Source: Mizuhopecten yessoensis (taxonomy: Eukaryota). From it: DNA of 64,000 nt. The notes beneath the pieces are model-generated. The model did no database searches. It was not told where the DNA came from and saw nothing but the letters and a program-made list of their open reading frames with translations. The stretch covers positions 115,208 through 179,207 of the forward strand of contig NW_018480057.1 of the NCBI RefSeq assembly GCF_002113885.1, in the 5' to 3' direction. The position numbers and the translations under genes were made by a program. Positions 13,305 through 25,128 of the stretch are shown here, one piece after another. Numbering within the stretch: position 1 is the first letter of the stretch; each line of letters opens with the position of its first letter.

Positions 13305-14310
13305 CTTTAATCTTTAAAATGAATTAATTTGAGAGCATATCACACATGCAATAAATTCATAACAACACATCAACAGGTCAATGTCCCAATTTGCAATGAG
13401 TCAGCTGTATTATTGTTATTTCATTTCACACCTTTGGCTATTAAAAAGGGTCAAAGTCATAGTTTACCAAATGCAAGACACAGTTTGTGACATGCTTCTT
13501 ATGGTGAAACAAGAGCTTGTATACGTAACAGCCACCAACCCACTGTTACATACAAAAGGTCAAGACTGGATTTGAACCCACAACCTCCGAACTCAAGATG
13601 ATTGCATGTTCAAAAAATAACCAATTGAGCTACGTCACCCAGCTGAGTCCTGTTTAAAAACTCCCTCCTTTTTTAAGCCTTTGGCCCTAAGGCTGAAGAC
13701 AACGTTATTTCATTAACAACCCCAGGTTTGGGTATCCCAAAGAGGAAGAAAATGGACCAGGCTAAGATGTTAACTAAACTTCCGGGACCAATCCAAACTC
13801 ATTCTTAACCTGTTCTGAAGTGGCCTAGCTGCTTCACTCCAAAAATACAATGTCCGATTCTTTTTGGGCGAGAACTCTTTGTGTTCAGGTGTACACATAC
13901 GAAGATGTCAAACTAATGCTGGTATGTTATCAGTTTCTTCTTGCCCTGAAACATTTAAATTTACAAGCTGATATATAACGACCCCATATTTTATTTAATA
14001 TTATCTGTTTTACTATTTTTTGGTTGGATCGGACCATGACTGTGAAAATACCCACTATCCTGGGTCCTTTGCTACTACAGTTTAGTGTGTGTAAGCTAAT
14101 CATGTGCAAGCTGTACGTTGCTGAGAAATAAAGTGAAAATGAAACCTACATGTTTCTCTTTTAAATTGGACCTTTTTTTGCCTAGAAAGTCTAGATATTG
14201 TGAGGAAAACGGCAAAATATACATCATTTGATCTCAACTATCTTAATAACAAAATTACATTAGCAGCTGACTTAGTTATCCAGTATGTCAAATGAAGTAA
14301 AAATATTTTG

Positions 14311-14631
14311 CTTACCTTAGCTTTCAACTTACGTATTTTCCTGAAAACGCGGGAGTGAGAAACTCTCGTGTTGTCTCGCGTTACTATATGAATCGTTAAG
14401 TATACATTAGTACAGAGATAGAACTTTTGCATATTCTTTCATTGATTTATGAGCTAATTTTTCATAGTTGTTATATATGGCACCATTTTAACCATTTACC
14501 ACATATGTATAATATCGGGGAAAGGACAGCATTCGGGGACCTTTTACGTGTTTGAGGTCAACTTCCGGTTGTACTTTCACTTTCTAGGCAACTGAACTAT
14601 CTGTTGACGTGTGAAATATCTTGGAGCTAAA
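14311..14631. promoter_or_regulatory. Putative bidirectional promoter shared by POLD1 (non-coding first exon) and the BPL-like gene
   Basis: Minus-strand donor AAG|GTAAGC at 14316/14315 could pair with the acceptor at 12614-12615 just above the POLD1 ATG exon. The region is locally CpG-rich, with an E2F-like GCGGGA at 14349-14354 and an ETS motif ACTTCCGG at 14561-14568. The BPL-like ATG is at 14632. Confidence 0.65.
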
Positions 14632-17600
14632 ATGGCACTAGATACCTTTGATGTAGCCGAATTCCAAAAGCATTTGACTGCAAATGAATTTGGAAAGAAA
14701 TTCACATATAAAGATATAACAGAGACAACGATGGATGATGCATTGAAGGCTGCAAATGAAGGCAAATAATTTATCATTAGTCTGTTAGTATGACTCGTGT
14801 ACTGTCGCCCATATTAGTTTTGTCTTATGTGTATAGATATTTTTAACCGAAAATTGTTAGTAGATTGGCATTGCTATCATTGTCATATGGTGTGTTTTAT
14901 TATACAGCTAAGGAATTTGAGGGGGAAATACTGCCTGCTAATGTCAGGCAAGCTTAAAACATGTAGGTTTTCCAGCGATGCAGTAATTAACCCGGGGACC
15001 CGCTCACTATATAGTTCAGCAAAATCGAGTTTGGCCAGTAGCTGGATGGGTGATCAACCGCACGTACATTTGGTGGCAGCTTATAGTGACCCTGCTGTAT
15101 CATGTAAGGCCAGTTCTCAGACAGACCCAGTGGTATTGGAAGGTGCATTGGGGGGACTTCGACACAGGATTCCCCAGGCCAAGACTCAGGATGATACTTC
15201 TCTGAGTGGAAATAATGTAATAATAAAAAAGCTGAGGTAAACCAGGATTTAAACCTGGGTCAGTGGGACCTCCAAACTCTTAAGACAGATGCTCTAACCA
15301 ATCAAGCTACCTCAGCACTGAGGTCACACAATCGACCCTGTGAGTCCAATTCCACTATACACATCGATATATAGATTAATTCATTGTATATATATATATA
15401 TATAGTAGGTTTTAACAACGCTCTTATCAGCTCTTATAATATAATGCAATATACTAAAAATTTCAATTTACCGGGGTAGTATTATTTAGATCTCAAAAGC
15501 AAATTTCTACACCTGACTTATACTTCAGATGCATCTGCTTGAAAACTATTCCACATGTTAACAGTTCTTTGTGCTTTTGAAAGGTTCTGAACATTAGTGG
15601 ATGATTGAACCCAGTGTTAAATAGTCAAATGGAGTTTGACAAGGTTCATATATCTCGGAAAGGATTGGCATAGCTCTATCATGTCACCTCTTAAATCGGC
15701 TGAGGGCCATGAACGGTAAATTTAGATTCTGCTTTATTTAAAAGCTCTTGATTGAATGGACTTGAAACTTCAATGACCTAAATTAAAAGAGCTCATATGG
15801 ATCCTACATGTATTGTGAATCTTTTTCGTTAGAATATCACACACGACACTTCATCTTATGTAATTTTAAATTTAAAACAGGAGCACCTAACGGGACTGCC
15901 ATTATGGCTGAGCAACAATCTAAAGCTAGAGGAATGAAGAATCGTAAGTGGAATGCACAGTACACTGGAAACATATACATCTCCTATGTCTACCACAGAG
16001 AGGCTGTTTTTGAGGTATCATATACATATATCTTTTCTTAACAATATGTATTTTTCCAAAATTGGTTCATGTTACTTGAAAATGTCATGGATAAAAAATA
16101 ACTTGATTATAACTCATGAATCTTATAAATGGTGTTTGTAATTTTTTTTTTTTAAATCAGTCGTTAGAAATTGCTCTACAAATCTCAAATCATAGAGTTT
16201 AACAATGCATCTAAAATAACATATAAAAGTTGGTTCAAAACATTTTTATGTGTGTTGTGATACTGTGAAGAATAAAGGATTCTTAATGTTTGAAATCCTT
16301 CAGTCACGTTTTCATGTTTTAGGCTACTAGAAAAGCTGTTTTAAGGACAATATATCAATGTGTTTGAGCTATTTTTGAATAGGGAAGTTATCTGTAGAAA
16401 ATCAGACCACTTTAAACCAGAGTGGAATTTCAAAATATGGACCAATAACAAGCACCTGTGTTACCTAAAGGCCATGTCACACCGAGCCGCGAGTGCACAG
16501 CGTTGTTAAATTTCACAGAGCGCCGTGAGATCGCAGTAAAAATTGATATTTTTCATGAAGATGTCGATGTCACAGCATTCTCACGGCGACCTTGGCGTTT
16601 CTACGGAGCTCCATGGCGTTCTTCCACGTTCCTACAGAGTTCTAGGTAGCAGTGAACAGTAGAAATGGCCCGACTCTGATAAACAAGGCACATGTCGAGG
16701 AAATGTAAACACAGCGGATTTACCCTACACAACACATGTATACATGTATATATATTTGTAAACTGCATTACATTTACAATACATATAAAGTACTGAGAAG
16801 TGTATAAACCTCTTTCTTCTATGTATGTCACTTGTGTGAAAACCATGGTTACATCAAAAAATGCCAAAAATTACTATTTTTAACCCAAAATTTGACCCCG
16901 CAACTAGTAATTTTTTTCCTAAGCTCTGTCTGAAATTAAAGATTACCTTCCTGGTTGCAGAATTATCTGGGTCCCAGTAAAGTTGTAAAACTTGCTTTTT
17001 TGCAATTTTGCGTCGTGTGCTGTTGTCAAAATTGTACCTCCTGTAAAGCTAGCTTTTCATGTGTACGCACCCCTTCGTATTATGGCCAAAATTTTATTCT
17101 CGAACCAAAGAAATCTTCTTTCTTTTTTACAAATGTGAAGCTCACATAGCCCACTTCATCATGCTTATACCAATTTTAGTACAGTTTTATTTTTATATTT
17201 TTTTTACATATCATTATACAGGGGTTAGCCATTTAACAAAATTATCACCCATGGCCACAACCCTCTACTGTATACTGCTACCCTAGTTGGCGATTGTCTG
17301 CACTCTAATGGCGCTCTCACGGTGCCTCCACTGCGTGCATCAAGTTGTCACGGCGCTGTATAAGCGCAGTAGAGACGCAGTGTCATCTCAGAGAACGCCA
17401 TGCAAGCGCCACCGATAACCATTGCACTACGACCTCTGTGCGCGCCTGCAGCGATCCTGTGGCGCTGCTATGGCGACCTCACGGCAATCCCACTGCGCTC
17501 TTATCAGAACGCCAAGCGACGGCGTTTTTTTGGGCATGCTCAAAGTGCGCGCCGTCGCTCCGCGTTCTATGCGATCCCACCGCGTTCACTGGCGATGCTT

Positions 17601-20600
17601 GCGATTCCACTGCACGCAGATTGGCGTTCTGCATTTTTCTTGGACGCCCTGGCATTGCAGCCCTAGTATTACAGGGCTTTTACACACACCTGTCTGCCTT
17701 CACAGATAAGGAGATACTTTAGGAGAACACACAGTAACAAACACTTGAGCAGAGACGCTCAAACACTGCACTCCTTACTGTGTTGAATATAATGTCTTGC
17801 TAGAACAATGTTCTGGAGATTACATTGGGCACTAGAAAAAAAATCAAAATAGTATCAGGGTTAGACACAAACCTTTTTTTGCTTGTTATTCCACAGGACT
17901 AGTTAACTAGATTATTTACTAGTCCTACGTCAATGTAATGAGTCCAAGATTTCCTGATAAGGAAACATCTCGATCTACAGCACGAAACATCAAGTAATCG
18001 ACTGTAGGGGACTTAAAATAACTACTGCCATAGAAATATGGTTTAAGGAAAAAAATTAGGATTGTTTTTACAATTTTCATGAAATACATCTTATTTTAAG
18101 CAGTTTTCTAAAATTTTAAAAGGAATATCTTTATCATTATAATATTTTTCACAAGTCAAAAGGACCATTACGGTTGGGTGTTTCACTAGTCCTTGCTGAA
18201 ATCTACTAGTCCAGGACTAGTGTTAGTGTCGAATCTTGAGTATCCTTTTGACTTTTCCAGATCTATACAAATTTATAATGCTGTCCATTGACAAATGAAA
18301 TTTTGTATTTTATAGACACACAATACTTGTGAAAAATATTGTTAAAAGAAATTCTTCCATGGCAGTCCAACATGCAGATGACATGAACCTGATGTTTTCA
18401 GGATCCAAGGAAGGATGAAAATATGATGGAGGTCGCAGGAGCACTGGCTGTTTATATGACACTTGCTGACTTGGGTGTGGAGGGTATCAACATCAAATGG
18501 CTGAATGATATCTGGGTCAGAGGTCATAAGATGGCAGGAATATTGGTAGAGGATAAAGGACCTTTACCTTGTAAGTATAGGTCTACAGTGATTGTGCTTT
18601 TAGTTTGGAAGATACAGGAATGTTACAATGTAGGTACTGTATACTGGGATTTATTTACTGTCGCACTATTTACTGATGTTGCTCAGTAAGTGAAAGTTAA
18701 GTTTTTGTGATTTAAAATTTTGTGATTTTCCCGAGGTTGGAGTCTAATATATGATAACTTGATAAGTGTATAGATTTAATCTTCAAATTTACCTGGTGTC
18801 ATGAAAACTGCTCACCACCTATAAGATGTGATGTATGTATCTGTTGTGCCTTTAATCATTTAAATGACCTTGACCTACTTTCAAGGTCACAGGGGTCAAA
18901 TATGTTAAAAATTTCAAACAACAATATCATAAGAACAATTCGGACTAGAGTCATGATACTGGGGTATGTTATGTAGACCAGCAGTGCTAATCTTTTTCTT
19001 ACAGTAATGAGGTTAAATGTCAACTTTTAGTGCTAGTCGGGGGTCAAAGGTCAACATGGGTTAAAAGCTTTAACATTCCTCTTCTCAAGTTCCATAAGGC
19101 CTAGGGGCATGATATTTGGCCAGTAGGTACCTGGGATGGAATGCTATAGACTTTCCTCATTAAAATGACCTTGATCTACTTTCAAGGTCGCAGGGGTCAG
19201 ATATGTTAAAAACTTCAAATAACAATATCTTAAGAACCATTAGGTCATGATACCCGGGTATGTTATGTAGACCAGCTGTGTAAATTGTTTTCTTTATTAC
19301 AGTAATGAGGTCAAAGGTCAACGTTAAGTGCTAGCTGGAGTCAAAGGTTAACGTGGATTAAAAGCTTTAAAATTAAAATTTCACAAATTTCAAACAACAA
19401 TATCTTCAGAACCGTTGAAGAGATGTTAAAATGTCTTGTGTTCTAGTTACCAAATTTAGTCTGAAGTTACCTGTACTGCAAGTATGTTAGTTTCATGTAA
19501 CAAAAGAAAAAGGTGAGCGATACAGGCCCTCTGGGCCTCTTGTTTAATGTTTGGTTGTTTCACCATTTGCATTTTTTCTTTATGAAGCAGTTAAAAGTTT
19601 CATGCCACTTTTTGAAGAAAAGTTTACCAAAGTTTCCTTTTATTTCCCAACCAGTTGATAAAACAAAGCGTTTGTGTATCGTTGGTATTGGTGTGAATGT
19701 GAATGCTGATGTGCGTCGACACCCTGAGCTACACACGATATCTACCAGTGCCCGTAGTCAGCTGAACGGCAGTATTGTGAACCGAGAGCACTTCCTGGCA
19801 AAAATGAGCAAGTACCTAGAGGAGTGCATGTCCCTGACACAGGAGGACTTGTTCCAGAATGCCATCAAATATCAACTGTTCCAGCTCAATGAGCCAGTCA
19901 GGATTCACAGTATGTTAAATCAAAAAGTGACTGATGGAACCCTGGTGGAATTTCTCGACAACTGGTCAATCAAACTAAAAGGTATCACAGAACTTTATAT
20001 ACTAATGAAGTTATCAGTGGCTACATTGATTGAAAAGAAAAAGAAAACAAGACTTTGATGTTAAGTTGTAATTGCATAGTTAGGTGAATGCTTATTTAAG
20101 TGGAATGATGATAAGTTATGTTGGAAAATCCAAGAGTGAATACACTTAGTAAAATTGACTCTTAATGCATAAAAATGTGTACTGGGTATCAGTACTTCAA
20201 ATTCAAGTTTCAAAATACAAATGTAAACTATTAACAAGGTAAAGAAACATTAACAAGACATGATGTAATGTAATTTACATGTAAGCAACATGTTGATAAC
20301 AGTCACAGGATCACCACAGCACAAAACCAAATTACAAAATGAGGGCATTGAGAGCAAGTGTATCTATGTAAACTTCTATAACATTTTTTACCTGAATATT
20401 TTAATAAGTAATTTATTAGGCAGATCTGTACACAAACATTATGGAATTTGGCCTGTTAACTGTTTCATTTCTGTGCACTAAATTCTTTAAATATCCTTAA
20501 ATTTAAAATTGCACAGCAGCTGCAAATTAACGTTCTATCGTCTGATTGGTCAATCGGTTTCTGTGAAAAAACTGTTCATTAAATATCATCATATTTTACA

Positions 20601-23600
20601 CTTATAAAAATATCCTGGTTAAAATAAAAAGCACTGACACAATAATCAAAGAATCTGTTTACTTGCTATATGTTGTATACAGATGAGAGTGGTGAGGTAT
20701 GGACAGCAATGTCTGACCACTATTCCATCCGACCATGTGCGACCTCTACAGTGTATGTATACAACGGGAAGATGGCATGTCCCTGGAGCTCAGTAGCCAT
20801 GCTGAAGTGTCTGTCTTCCCTTGTAAACATCACTCACACAACCATCTCCCTGCTCAATGACACCAAACTGAAGGAAGGTCAGTCCAGTATGGTTTTGTAT
20901 ACATAATGGCCTCCGATTTGTTACAAGGTTTTTTGTTCAGACCACTGTAGACATATTGATGTTATTGTATTTGAACAGGAAAATTTATTCTGATCATTCT
21001 ATTTCGGTCAACCGACTGCCTCTATCAGGAGTTAAAATTGCGGGATCATCATGTGATGTACCTGTCAAATGTTTATACACGCACTGTTAATTTGTTTGTA
21101 AACAAACATTAGGCCTAGAAGTGTAAACAATACAAACTGTACATGTACAAAGAAACTATATTGTTTACATCAAGAGCCGAAAGTAGAAAATACTGAGCAA
21201 AAAAATGTGTTATTTTTCTCTCTTTCTTTGTACACCGAAACAGACTTGTATAATGTAATTAATCCTTCATTAATTATATTTTAACCACCAGGGCGATATC
21301 GATGTCAAAAATAAAAAGGTATTTTTCCCATCCCCCCCCCCCCCCCCCCCAANTAAAATTGAGGTTTATGCTGTATACCTAATACAACATTTGAAGGATA
21401 ATTAATGGAAATACCTTAACACCATTTCACTTCTCTGTTTGTGAACATTTCCTTCACACACCCCTCAAATTGCCAACTCAAATATAATGTCAAAACTTCA
21501 TTTAAAATTGGTGGCAGTATAACAAGGATTTACTGTATTATATTGAAAATATAAGGAAGTCTTTGTGGTTACAGGACTGTGGAAAAAAGATGCTGCTTTA
21601 TTGGTCATTGGAGAGGTTTCCATGGATACTCAAGATATCGACTCTGCTCATCAATCATTTACAGATATACTGAACTTCATAGAAAATGGTGGAGTAGTGA
21701 TGATGATGGGAAATGTGTCCGGATTTTTTACCTCCTACCTACAGTCTGGGTCATCTACAGGTATACTCACGTTGTTTACCTCCTACCTACAGTCTGGGTT
21801 ATCTACAGGTATACCCTTGTTGTTTACCTCCTACCTACAGTCTGGGTTATCTACAGGTATACCCTTGTTGTTTACCTCCTACCTACAGTCTGGGTTATCT
21901 ACAGGTATACCCTTGTTGTTTACCTCCTACCTACAGTCTGGGTCCTATACAGGCATACCCTCGTTGTTTACCTCCTACATACAGTCTGGGTCATCTACAG
22001 GAAAAATCTTGTTGTTTACCTCCTACCTACAGTCTTGGTCATCTACAGGTATACCCTCGTTGTTTTCCTCCTACCTACAGTCTGAGTAATCCTCAGGTAT
22101 ATCGTCGTTGTTAACCTTCTACCTACAGTCTGGGACATCTACAGGTAAAATCTTGTTGTTTACCTCCTACCTACAGTCTGGGTCATCTACAGGAAAAATC
22201 TTGTTGTTTACCTCCTACCTACAATCTGAGTAATCCTCAGGTATATCCTCGTTGTTAACCTTCTACCTACAGTCTGGGTCATCTACAGGTATACCCTCGT
22301 TGTTTTCCTCCTATCTACAGTCTGAGTAATCCTCAGGTATATCCTCGTTGTTAACCTTCTACCTACAGTCTGGGTCATCTACAGGTAAAATCTTGTTGTT
22401 TACCTCCTACCTACAATCTGAGTAATCCTCAGGTATATCCTCGTTGTTTACCTCCTACCTACAGTCTGGGTCATCTACAGATATACTCTCGTTGTTTACC
22501 TCCTATATACCTACAGTCTGGGTCATCTACAGGTATACCCTCGTTGTTTTCCTCCTACCTACAGTCTGAGTAATCCTCAGGTATATCCTCGTTGTTAACC
22601 TCCTACATACAGTCTGGGTCATCTACAGGAAAAATCTTGTTGTTTACCTCCTACCTACAGTCTGGGTATCCACAGGTATACCCTCGTTGTTTACCTCCTA
22701 TCTACAGTCTGGGTCGTCTACAGGTATACTCTCGTTGTTTACCTCCTACCTACAGTCTGGGTCGTCTACAGGTATACTCTCGTTGTTTACCTCCTACCTA
22801 CAGTCTGGGTCATCTACAGGTAAAATCTTGTTGTTTACCTCCTACCTACAGTCTTGGTCATCTACAGGTATACCCTCGTTGTTTACCTCCTACCTACAGT
22901 CGGGGTCATCTACAGGTAAAATCTTATTGTTTACCTCCTCCCTATAGTCTGGGTCATCTACAGGTAAAATCTTCTTGTTTACCTCCTACCTACAGTCTGG
23001 GTCATCTCCAGGTAAAATCTTATTGTTTACCTCCTTCCTACAGTCTGGGTCATCTACAAGTATACTCTCGTTTTTTACCTCCTACCTACAGTCTGGGTCA
23101 TGTACAGGTATACCCTTGTTGTTTACCTCCTACCTACAGTCTGGGCCATGTACAGGTATACCCTTGTTGTTTACCTCCTACCTACAGTCTTGGTCATCTA
23201 CAGGTATTCCCTCGTTGTTTACCTCCTACCTACAGTCAGGGCCATCTACAGATATACTCTCGTTGTTTACCTCCTACCTATAGTCTGGGTCATCTACCGG
23301 TAAAATCTTGTTGTTTACCTCCTACCTATAGTCTGGGTCATCTACCGGTAAAATCTTGTTGTTTACCTCCTACCTATAGTCTGGGTCATCTACATGTAAA
23401 ATCTTGTTGTTTACCTCCTACCTATAGTCTGGGTCATCTACCGGTAAAATCTTGTTGTTTACCTCCTACCTACAATCTGAGTAATCCTCAGGTATATCCT
23501 CGTTGTTAACCTCCTACATACAGTCTGGGTCATCTACAGGAAAAATCTTGTTGTTTACCTCCTACCTATAGTCTGGGTCATCTACAGGTAAAATCTTATT

Positions 23601-25128
23601 GTTTCCCTCCTACCTACAGTCTGGGTCCTCTACAGGGATACCCTCTTTGTTTACCTCCTACCGACAGTCTGGGTCATGTACAGGTATACCCTTGTTGTTT
23701 ACCTCCTACCTACAGTCTGGTCATCTACAAGTATACTCTCGTTGTTTGCCTCCTACCTACAGTCTGGGCCATCTACAGGTAAAATCTTATTGTTTCCCTC
23801 CTACCTACAGTCTGGGTCCTCTACAGGTAAAATCTTATTGTTTACCTCCTTCCTACAGTCTGGGTCATCTACAAGTATACTCTCGTTTTTTACCTCCTAC
23901 CTACAGTCTGGGTCATGTACAGGTATACCCTTGTTGTTTACCTCCTACCTACAGTCTTGGTCATCTACAGGTATTCCCTCGTTGTTTACCTCCTACCTAC
24001 AGTCAGGGCCATCTACAGATATACTCTCGTTGTTTATCTCCTATATACCTACAGTCTGGGTCATCTACAGGTATACTCTCGTTGTTTACCTCCTGCCTAC
24101 AGTCTGGGTCATCTACAGGTAAAATCTTCTTGTTTACCTCCTACCTACAGTCTGGGTCCTCTACACGTATACCCTCGTTGTTTACCTCCTACCTACACTC
24201 TGGGTCATCTACAAGTATACTCTCGTTGTTTACCTCCTACCTACAGTCTGGGTCATCTACAGGTATACTGATTCTCATTGATTAAACAACAAAGTTACAG
24301 CCAGGATTCCTTATTGACCACAAGCTTACTGTTAAGGAAATAGACTAGTATTAATATATCAATATGGTCGGCTATAAACCAGAGGCGTAGGTTCATTACC
24401 CATATACATGCAGTAACTAGTCATGAGCAAACAACCGCTTCATAAAACACAGGAAGCCCTATAGTCTTAATATATTGTCAGTAGCTAGGCATTTGCTACA
24501 AAGGTCACAAAAATAAATTTCCTTGACCTATATTCAAGCTCATGGGGGTCGAAACTGTAAAACCACAATTTGAAAATGAAATGAGTCGTGATATTTGGCC
24601 AGTAGAAAGCTGAAATGAAGTGCTATGAAGTTTGCAAAAAGAAATACCACTTAAATCAGGTGAGCTAGACAAATTGGACCTCTTGTTAAGATTATAAGCT
24701 CCAGCATTTCATCATCAAGGACAAAATTTACTGAAAATGATATCTTAATTTCAGAAACCACCTGTAGCTTGCAGCCAACGCATGGAGGATCTGCCGATAC
24801 TGCTGTGCCAGGTCGCTTGGTTAGCCTGAACTTGAAGTGTGGAGACCTTGGTCAGGTATTCGGGTACAGTATCAACAAGGAAAATATCACATTCCAGGAA
24901 ACAACAGGACAGTCCCCAGAAGTTCTTGCTTGCTATGGAAATGGTGAGGCAGCTGTGCTTGTTTCTACATATGGCAAGGGCTCCTGTGTGTTGATAGGTT
25001 TCAATGCTGAGATAACTTACACGGAAGACTGTGTTAGCTTGTCGGATGCAGAGCTGAATAGCCTGCGAGACACTGTGTTTGTAAGGGACGAACTTATGCT
25101 CTGTATCCTTAAAAGGTTTGGATTGTGA
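14632..25128 (+). CDS. Biotin-protein ligase-like protein (504 aa): BirA-like catalytic domain + SH3-like C domain + C-terminal BPL_N (GATase-like) domain
   Basis: Exons 14632-14761 (GC donor), 15881-16014, 18402-18570, 19655-19981, 20683-20877, 21575-21760 and 24755-25128 join in frame (1515 nt including TGA). BPL/BirA motifs: GAPNGTAIMAEQQSKARG..RKW, IKWLNDIWVRGHKMAGILVE, IVGIGVNVN. BPL_N-like motifs follow: VYVYNG..WKKDAALLVI..NFIENGG..EVLACY..AAVLVSTYGKGSCVLIG..ILKRFGL*. Confidence 0.88.
14962..15080 (+). mobile_element. LTR-like remnant carrying a 5S rRNA internal-control-region-like sequence (Cassandra/Helenus-like)
   Basis: 15013-15055 aligns without gaps to the 5S A-box/IE/C-box (about 29/43 against the remembered animal 5S sequence). 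It is followed by ..GTACA and a PBS-like ttTGGTGGCAGC. Confidence 0.5.
15216..15362 (-). mobile_element. tRNA-like solo-LTR-type repeat
   Basis: Minus strand reads TGTATAG..TAGCTTGATTGGTTAGAGC..GGTTTAAATCC..TTACA. Confidence 0.45.
16468..17679. mobile_element. PIF/Harbinger-like non-autonomous element with GC-rich ends
   Basis: Imperfect TIR aaggccatgtcaca / tattacagggcttt, TA-rich flanks, and CpG-rich subterminal blocks unlike the host intron. Confidence 0.45.
17856..18238. mobile_element. hAT-like MITE with 5-bp TSD
   Basis: TIR cagggttagacac / gtgtcgaatcttg. AGTAT directly flanks both ends. Subterminal ggactagt/actagtcc motifs. Confidence 0.7.
18820..19543 (-). mobile_element. HINE-like element fragment with an internal ~310-bp duplication
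   Basis: Ends in ggtgagcgatacaggccctctgggcctcttgtt, the reverse complement of the family 5' end seen at 7054 and 36157. Confidence 0.55.
21725..24268 (+). repeat. 48-bp minisatellite (~53 copies) spanning the exon-6/intron-6 boundary of the BPL-like gene
   Basis: Unit ttgtttacctcctacctacagtctgggtcatctacaggtatactctcg. The first copy is the end of exon 6. Confidence 0.97.

Noticed and set aside
15013-15055. 5S rRNA gene
   Set aside because: Only ~43 nt at about two-thirds identity; the rest of the 5S sequence is absent.
17345-17722. Overlapping GC-rich ORFs in three frames
   Set aside because: They lie in the GC-rich end of a putative MITE and show no recognisable protein motif.
21579-24285. 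Several long repetitive ORFs (LPPTYSLGHLQ.., YRYTLVVYLLPTV..)
   Set aside because: By-products of the stop-poor 48-bp minisatellite; only the FTSYLQSG frame connects to a real exon.
14632-25128. Calling the gene HLCS
   Set aside because: Domain order and active-site loop differ from HLCS; orthology cannot be asserted without a phylogeny.
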